Shown: piece after piece, positions 56,654 through 64,000 of the stretch | Numbering within the stretch: position 1 is the stretch's first letter | Layout of the letters: every line of letters begins with the position of its first letter | Source: Octopus vulgaris | Taxonomy: Eukaryota | Reading direction: 5' to 3' | DNA length: 64,000 nt | NCBI GenBank assembly: GCA_951406725.2 | Contig: OX597823.1 | Location: 83,576,001 to 83,640,000, forward strand | The notes under the pieces: model-generated | The model's database searches: none | Told to the model about the DNA's origin: nothing | Seen by the model: only the letters and a program-made list of their open reading frames with translations | Program-made: the position numbers and the translations under genes

Positions 56654-56820
56654 TGGCGGCCAGCTGGAAAGACTGCTAGTCCTCCGGGCAAATTGCTAAG
56701 CGGCATTTCGTCTATCTTTACGTTCTGAGTTCAAATTCCGCCGGGTCGAATATTGAAGTTGATGTTATCAACTTACTTCTCCCTGAAATTGCTGGCCTTG
56801 TGCCAAAATTTGAAACCAAA
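56654..56820 (+). mobile_element. Family-M SINE, internally deleted
   Basis: ggcggccagctgg..gagttcaaattccgcc. Confidence 0.7.
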
Positions 56821-56937
56821 TTATACACACACTCACACAGACTTGCATATTGTTTTGCGCAAAAAGAATGAACTTATTGATTAAGTTAACTATAAGTGGG
56901 AAATAATATATTATCTATATCTATACGTATGTGTGTG

Positions 56938-56981
<44 letters not shown>

Positions 56982-56999
56982 TAAAACCACTTTATATGT

Positions 57000-57988
57000 T
57001 GATAGAAGATTGTCCCACCCGAAATTTTCCTCAAGTCTACCAACATAGTTTTACAAGGATTGTATATCTGTGACCTCTTTCCTCTGTAATTGAAGTTTAT
57101 GTAACAGTAGCCCTCACATGGTAAAATTCATTAAGTTGAGATGTGGACTTTTTGAGGGACATTCCTTAGGTTCATTGAAGTCAGGAGTATTGGCTCTGAG
57201 CCAAGTAACAGTGTCCTTGGCTGTACGAGCCTTTGCTCCATCTTGTTACCATGTCCATTTATATCCTCCTATTACTTGGTTCATGTCGTTGAACATTTGG
57301 GTGCACATTTCATCTCTATACTGTTTTTTTTGTTTCTTCTATACGATGGAAGATGTTCGTGCCCAACAGCATCTCTTTCAATAAACTGCAACTCTGTTTT
57401 ACCATGCCAGAAGACTGCACCATAGCATATGAGTGATGACTGTTCTTTATCAAGTTCCACCAGCAGAACAAGGCTTCTGTAAGAAAATTGCATTTAATTC
57501 TCGTATAGCACTATAATTCGGATTGTTGAAGAATGCGAAAGACTGTACCTTTTGATAACTGAATTTCTTGGCAAATTTCGCGCTGACTGGAATGACTTCT
57601 TTCGTGTCTTGATGGTGGGACAGCAAGGTCCAACACAGCCCGTTTAATAGGCGAATGAATTTTCTTGATTGTGCCAGATCCACATTTAAGAACTTTAGCA
57701 GCAGGTGATCCTACCCCTTTTAAGTACAGCTACAACATCAGCAAATTGATTTTTAGTTATCGAACTAAAGAGCTCTGGGAAAATTGCTAGGCATTTTTTT
57801 AGTTCCCAAGTTGGATGTTCTTTTTTAAAGAGAAAAATCAACTCATATTGAAAATTTGATAATTGCAGCATCCTGGAATTTAAAAAAGGAATTAGAAAAT
57901 TTATATGTTAGTTAAATTTTTTGTTTATTGATAAAATATGGTAAAATACATAATGTATATCTGAAATTTCCTGTTCTTTGTGGGCATC

Positions 57989-57991
<3 letters not shown>
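57000..57991 (-). mobile_element. Possible degraded Tc1-like transposon
   Basis: minus strand begins TA-caggatgcccacaaag (Tc1-like TIR start), followed by fragmented ORFs without clear catalytic motifs. Confidence 0.35.
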
Positions 57992-58076
<85 letters not shown>

Positions 58077-58741
58077 GTAGATAAAAACTGTGTGGAAGCC
58101 CGTTGGATATATATATATATATATGTTCATATGTATGTTCTCTACCGTCGAAATGCGGTGTAGATAAAACAGGGGACAACTGATGTTGCCTGGCGTCGAT
58201 TTGTTCGACTAAATCTTTGAAGATGGTGCCCTTACATGGCCTTGGACCAATGACTGAAAGAAGCAAAGGTTAAAAGGTGAGATTGCTTTCAGATACGAAA
58301 AATTACTGTGTTGTAGTAGAATGCAGTAAAGTAAAAATGAAGAGAAATATACTGCTATGGTAGTTTCTTTCTGGCACGGCAGCACCGCTTTCTCTATGAC
58401 ATTTGTGACTTGTATGATGAAATATTAATTTCAAGCTGGAATCAAAGCCACGCATTTTGAGGTGTTTGTATTATCGATTACATTGATCTCATAATAGATT
58501 TATATATTTAATACTGCGAATGGTGAACAACGGTGTCGTTGATTAGAGATTTCCCAAGAACTAATTATTAGCTCAATGTAATTCTGGTGGCATGATTAAT
58601 AAGGGAGTGTCACAGACTTGGTTCAAAGGACTTTCTTTGAAAAGCACACGTTTATTTCTCCTCCCGATTTTCACATCCTTTGCTGATATGCATCAACGAT
58701 TTAGATTCACCCGCATACATACCAACATTCGCATGTATGCA

Positions 58742-59306
58742 TTGGGTTGTCCGGAAAGTTCGTGCCGATTTATAGTAGCTTACTTTCTACTTATTTTAGA
58801 ACATGGTTGAGTCCATAAAATAGGATTTGACTACACCGCCATTTAGAGAACAGTTTAAGCGATCTTTTCGTGGAAGAAGGTTTATGTTCCTATAACCTGT
58901 GTTAATTCTGTAACACTTTAATATGGAAGATAAGAAAGTTCATTTTCGGCACTTGATGATTTGGGAACCAGAGAAAAATTGCTGCAGCTCGGCTGGGATT
59001 TGTTACCCTACCCTCTATATTCACCAGATATTGCTCCTTCGGATTTCCACTTATTCAGGTCTCTGCAGAATAGTCTTAATGGTAACAATTTCAATTCCTT
59101 GGATGACGTAAAATGATACCTTGATGAATTCTTTGCCATAAAATCACCTCAATTCTGATAAGATGGTATTTTCAAGTTAAAGGAAAGATGGAGACACATT
59201 GTGCAACAAAATGGTTCATATTTGGTTGATTAAAAATGTAATGGCAAGTATTTATTGACCTTTTTCTTTTCTTTAAAAATCGGCACGAACTTTTCGGACA
59301 ACCCAA
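58742..59306 (+). mobile_element. Second copy of the internally deleted mariner at 2198-2763
   Basis: TIRs ttgggttgtccggaaagttcgtgccgattt / aaatcggcacgaacttttcggacaacccaa; same deletion junction. Confidence 0.92.
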
Positions 59307-59414
59307 TATAATCTGTGTGTGTGTGCGCGCGTGTGAATGTGTACATGCGTGTGCATGTGTATGTGTGTATGTGTGATCCCTCGACACGTAGATCTTCGCC
59401 TAAATTTGACTTCA

Positions 59415-59690
59415 CTGGCACTCCGTCGAGTACGACGACGAGGTTTCCGGTTGATCCAGTTGAGGGTTCCAGTTGATCACTAACCATAGCAAGTGGTTGA
59501 GTATTCCGCATACACACGGCGTACCCTTAATGTAGTTCTCAGGGAGATTCAGGTTCTACTCAGTTTTGCCAGTTGAGTGGATTGGAGTAAGGTAAAATAA
59601 AATGTCTTGGTCAAGGACACAACATGCCGCCGAGAATCGAACTTTGTAATCGTAAGCTGAACACTCTAACCACTAAGCCACGAGCCTTCA
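59415..59690 (-). mobile_element. Family-R-related SINE, diverged
   Basis: gcactccgtcg..ttccggttgatcc; head gctcgtggcttagtggttagagtg. Confidence 0.7.
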
Positions 59691-59723
59691 CAAATTTGAC
59701 TTCACTTCTGATATAGAGTTTAC

Positions 59724-59839
59724 GGTGGCATGTGGTGGTGGCAGGTGGTGGTGGCAGGTAGTTGTGGCAGGTAGTGGTGGTGGTGGCAGGTGGTGGTGGT
59801 GGTGGTAGCAATTGGTGGTAGCAGGTGGTGGTGGTGGCA
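59724..59839. repeat. (GGT)n/GGCA degenerate G-rich repeat
   Basis: direct reading. Confidence 0.85.
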
Positions 59840-60069
59840 AGTCACATAACAACCGGGACAAGTCGGTGTATCTTGGGGAGGCAAATCGTAATCGGGCGGT
59901 GGTTTCTCTCACTATACTAAGGGTATTGTCCTGCTGGATGCGACTAGTTCAAAGCTCTGTATAGGGATTTATCCCGAATGACCAGAGTCGATTTAATCGA
60001 CCCCCCCACACCGATTTTGGTCCTTGTGTCTTGAATAGAAAAAGTTATTATCATTATTGCTGTTAAAGC

Positions 60070-60280
60070 TGTGAACTGCAAGAATCGTTTGCAAGTTGGA
60101 CGAAACACTTCACGGCATTTCTTCTGCTTTTACGTTCCGAGTTCAAATGTCGCCGAGGTCTACTTTGCTTTTCATCCCTTCGTGGTAGATCAAATGCAAC
60201 ACCAACCAAACATTGGAATCGATGTAATCGACTTTACCCCCTCCCCTCAAAAATACCGATCTTGTGCCAAAATTCTAAAA
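60070..60280 (+). mobile_element. Family-M SINE, diverged; another lies at ~61302-61440
   Basis: gagttcaaatgtcgccgaggtc..tttcatcccttcg. Confidence 0.7.
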
Positions 60281-61509
60281 AAAATTTACTATTACTTTTA
60301 TCATTGTTTGTTGTTGGCAAGACAAGCTACGTATAGTTTATATAATTTCATAAAAAAATCGTTAGATACTAAACTGAAAGTAAATTCTACACTAAGTATG
60401 TTTATAGAAAGATAGGCTTTTGTTATTGGTATTTTTCTCCGCTCTAGAAAAACAATGTTTAATTCACCAAACACATTTTTTTCTGTCGCTAGGCATTTCA
60501 AATATGGCGACTAAGGCCTCAAATTACAAAAACGAAAAGAAAATGTGAAACAAATCTTGTAAACAAAATAACAGCTATTCGCACTCTAAAGAACACTTGT
60601 AAAGGATGAGAGAAAAATTTTACTGGCAAATGTCTATGATTATAAAGCCATACAAACAGTATTAGTTTATAAAGCCGTACAAACAGTATTAGTTGCCAGT
60701 AACTAAGAAATTTCAAATATGACTCCAGTAGCGGAGAAGTTTTGAATATTACTCCGGTTTTAAATTTGGTATCGGGGTTATGAAAAGAGATGAGTAAACG
60801 TCGGTGGAAGCTACTTTGATGGAAAAGGTTTTTCAGTTGCCTTCCAAGATAACATTTGAAGTTACCCTCACCGGTGTATATATAGAAGGATGTAGATTTT
60901 ATCGACCTCGAGAGCATCAGTAATTTCCCGTTATCTTTGCCCGCGGCAGAATGCACACCGACATGAGATACCTTATTTTAGCTTTACCAGACATAGTTTT
61001 ATGTGTTGGCTAAGAGCATGTTGGAAGAGGATATTAATTTTGGATTTTTTTCATCGCAGATTGATTGCTTTCACTGCAGCTAAGGACCTCGATCTACCCT
61101 TACAAAAATCTATTTAGGCCATAGTGCGACCATTCCGAGTCAGAATAGACCTAGCAGTAATTGTAATTAAGCTGTGGCTCTACGCTCCCCACAACTCCGA
61201 GCCGCCAAATTACGCTGAGGCTGAATCTGTCTTCCTTCGATAAAATTCGTACCAGCTGGGATCAAAGTAATCGATCTGCCTTCAAGCATATTGGATTTTT
61301 AAGGTGGTGAGCTGGCAGAATCGTTAGCGCACCAAACTTTTGCTTAACAGAATTTCATCCGTCTTTACGTTCTGAGTTCAAATTCCGCTGATGTCGACAT
61401 TGCCATACGTCCTTCTTGGATCGATAAAATAAGTACTAGTTGAACATTGATGGATAAAATAAATACCAGTTGAAATTACTATCCTTGAGTCAAACTTATT
61501 ATTATTATT

Positions 61510-61805
61510 GAGTGAGAGAGCAGTGCATACCATCAAAGTGACACTGGGGTAAAATATACGAAGCCCAGTATACTCATCATTGCTATCCGTCTGATAAGGG
61601 TACACCAGGCACATGCATCACAACCATGTGCGCGACATGGTGATTTCATATCAAGATAGCTCATCCCGCTCAAAAGGTCCCTGAATAAGGATTGTTTAAA
61701 GATGTTGAACGAACCACCCATGCTTCCAAAGGTGAATTATCCAAACCTCCAAGAATTCCTTTCAACAAACAGCTATGATGCAACCCCACTACTTCTGCTC
61801 ATGCA
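61510..61805 (-). mobile_element. Family X element, second copy
   Basis: homologous to 25067-25366; (TTA)n on both sides. Confidence 0.7.
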
Positions 61806-61881
<76 letters not shown>

Positions 61882-61883
61882 TT

Positions 61884-62565
61884 CAGTAGTTTTATTTTTA
61901 TAGCGTGCTTTCACTTCACTACCGAGCGCAGCTCTGTGTGCCTTAGGTATGTGCTGTGATTTGTTGTGATGCTCTGATGGTTATTGTATGGAAAGTGTTC
62001 TGTGTAGGATGTGTGCAGTGCCTAGTAGTGCAATTTTCTGTATGTTATATGTGTTTGTAAGTCCTGGTGTTTTTGTTATGTATTTGTCTGAATATTTTTT
62101 TATCATGCCTAATGCACCTACTATGATAGGAATTGTTTCTGTTTTTAGATTCCACATTCTGGTTACCTCTATTTCCAGGTCTTTGTATTTTGAAAGTTTC
62201 TCCATTTCTTTTAGAGACACGTTGTCATCTGCCGGTATTGATACATCAATTAGAAAGCATTTTTGTTTCTTCATGATCTCTCACTATATCTGGTCTGTTG
62301 GCCTTAATTTCTCTATCTGTGTGTATCGGCATATCCCAGAGTATGGTTGCTTTCTCGTTTTTTGTGACCTTTTCTGGTGTGTGCCTATACCATCTTTTTT
62401 CTGTTGTTATTCCATAATGTTGGCATAGCTTCCAGTGTATGTAGGTTCCAACTCTGTCATGTCTGTGAATATATTCCTTCTTAGCCAGGACTGGGCAGCC
62501 AGAGATAATATGATTTATTGTTTCTTGTCCATCTCCACATATTCTGCAATTACTTGTTATATTTC

Positions 62566-62569
<4 letters not shown>
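61884..62569 (-). mobile_element. 5'-truncated R4/Dong family A copy
   Basis: CRICGDGQETINHIISGC..RHD..RPDIV; same 3'UTR; (TTA)n on both sides. Confidence 0.93.
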
Positions 62570-62651
<82 letters not shown>

Positions 62652-62796
62652 GCAAAATAAAAAAAGAAGATTGCCATTGTTACCAAATGAACGATATTTC
62701 GACATCTAGCGTGCACGCTAGATGTCGATATATTCTTCTTTTTTTTTTTTGCTTCTGTATGCCTACTGGAGGAGTTACCTCAATCCTATAAAATAT

Positions 62797-62944
62797 TCTT
62801 CTTCTTCTTCTTCTTCTTCTTCTTCTTCTTCTTCTTCTTCTTCTTCTTCTTCTTCTTCTTCTTCTTCTTCCTCTTCTCCTCCTCCTTCTTCTTCTTCTTC
62901 TTCTTCTTCTTCTTCTTCTTCTTCTTCTTCTTCTTCTTCTTCTT

Positions 62945-62975
<31 letters not shown>

Positions 62976-62995
62976 TTATTATTATTATTATTATT
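62797..62995. repeat. (TTC)n followed by short (TTA)n
   Basis: direct reading. Confidence 0.95.
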
Positions 62996-64000
62996 CAGTA
63001 GTTTTATTTTTATAGCGTGCTTTCACTTCACTACCGAGCGCAGCTCTGTGTGCCTTGGGTATGTGCTGTGATTTGTCGTGATGCTCTGATGGTTATTATA
63101 TGGAAAGTGTTCTGCGTAGGATGTGTGCAGTGCCTAGTAGTGCAATTTTCAGTATGTTATATGTGTTTGTAAGTCCTGGTGTTTTTGTTATGTATTTGTC
63201 TGAATATTTCTTTTATCATGCCTAATGCACCTACTATGATAGGAATTGTTTCTGTTTTCAGATTCCACATTCTAGTTACCTCTATTTCCAGGTCTTTGTA
63301 TTTTGAGAGTTTCTCCATTTCTTTTAGAGACACGTTGTCATCTGCCGGTATTGATACATCAATTAGAAAGCATTTTTTTCTTCATGATCTCTGACAACTA
63401 TATCTGGTCTGTTGGCCTTAATTTCTCTATCTGTGTGTATCGGCATATCCCAGAGTATGGTTGCTTTCTCGTTTTCTGTGACCTTTTCTGATGTGTGCCT
63501 ATACCATCTTTTTTCTGTTGTTATTCCATAATGTTGGCATAGCTTCCAATGTATGTAGGTTCCAACTCTGTCATGTCTGTGAATATATTCCTTCTTAGCC
63601 AGGACTGGGCAGCTAGAGATAATATGATTTATTGTTTCTTGTCCATCTCCACATATTCTGCAGTTACTTGTAATATTTCTTTTCATTACATGTTTTTGGT
63701 AATTTCTGGTGGGGAGGCTTTGGTCTTGTGCTGCAATTAAAAATCCCTCTGTCTCTGCTGTGAGTCCTGAGCTTCTCAACCATTGCTGGGATTTTTCTTT
63801 GTCTATTTCTTTTGCGTTTAGTTTAGTGCAGTATTTACCATGAAGGGGCTTTTCTTGCCATCGTTTTATCATGGTTCGTTGCTGTTCTATTTTTAGTTTG
63901 GATTTCATTTGTTTTATAGCTTTTGTTGTTTCTTCTTCTTCTTCTTCTTCTTCTTCTTCTTCTTCTTCTTCTTCTTCTTCTTCTTCTTCTTCTTCTTCTT
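62996..64000 (-). mobile_element. R4/Dong family A copy running into (TTC)n at the window edge
   Basis: ORF 63363-63908 WQEKPLHG..AAQDQSL..CRIC..RHD; same 3'UTR. Confidence 0.93.

Noticed and set aside
60519-60956. 145-aa ORF
   Set aside because: No recognisable motif, includes a short tandem duplication, and has AT-rich non-coding composition.

Overview
AT-rich, repeat-saturated metazoan non-coding DNA. The SINE and LINE families and microsatellite load look like an octopus/cephalopod genome; this is recognised from memory, not from a search. No intact host gene is evident, and almost all ORF-track entries are microsatellite translations or transposon debris. Retroelements: a full-length but frameshifted R4/Dong-clade RLE-LINE in (TTA)n (11.8-16.0 kb), three more copies of it and a second Dong subfamily; Penelope-like RT, RTE and CR1/Jockey-group fragments; three abundant tRNA-derived SINE families. 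DNA elements: mariner, maT/Tc1, hAT and Helitron derivatives. Other: a 3-kb composite fold-back satellite. Most notable observations: (1) one SINE family stacks into head-to-tail arrays joined at two fixed internal positions, with the uniform-tail copy 5' of a variant-tail copy, suggesting self-targeted insertion; (2) minimal type-I hammerhead ribozymes, one with an intact core, lie in non-coding elements ending in (TA)n; (3) (TTA)n arrays hold co-oriented stacks of three retroelement families, including an unclassified one; (4) a locally templated inverted insertion disrupts one LINE; (5) an in-frame (GAA)n poly-Glu tract sits inside the Dong ORF.
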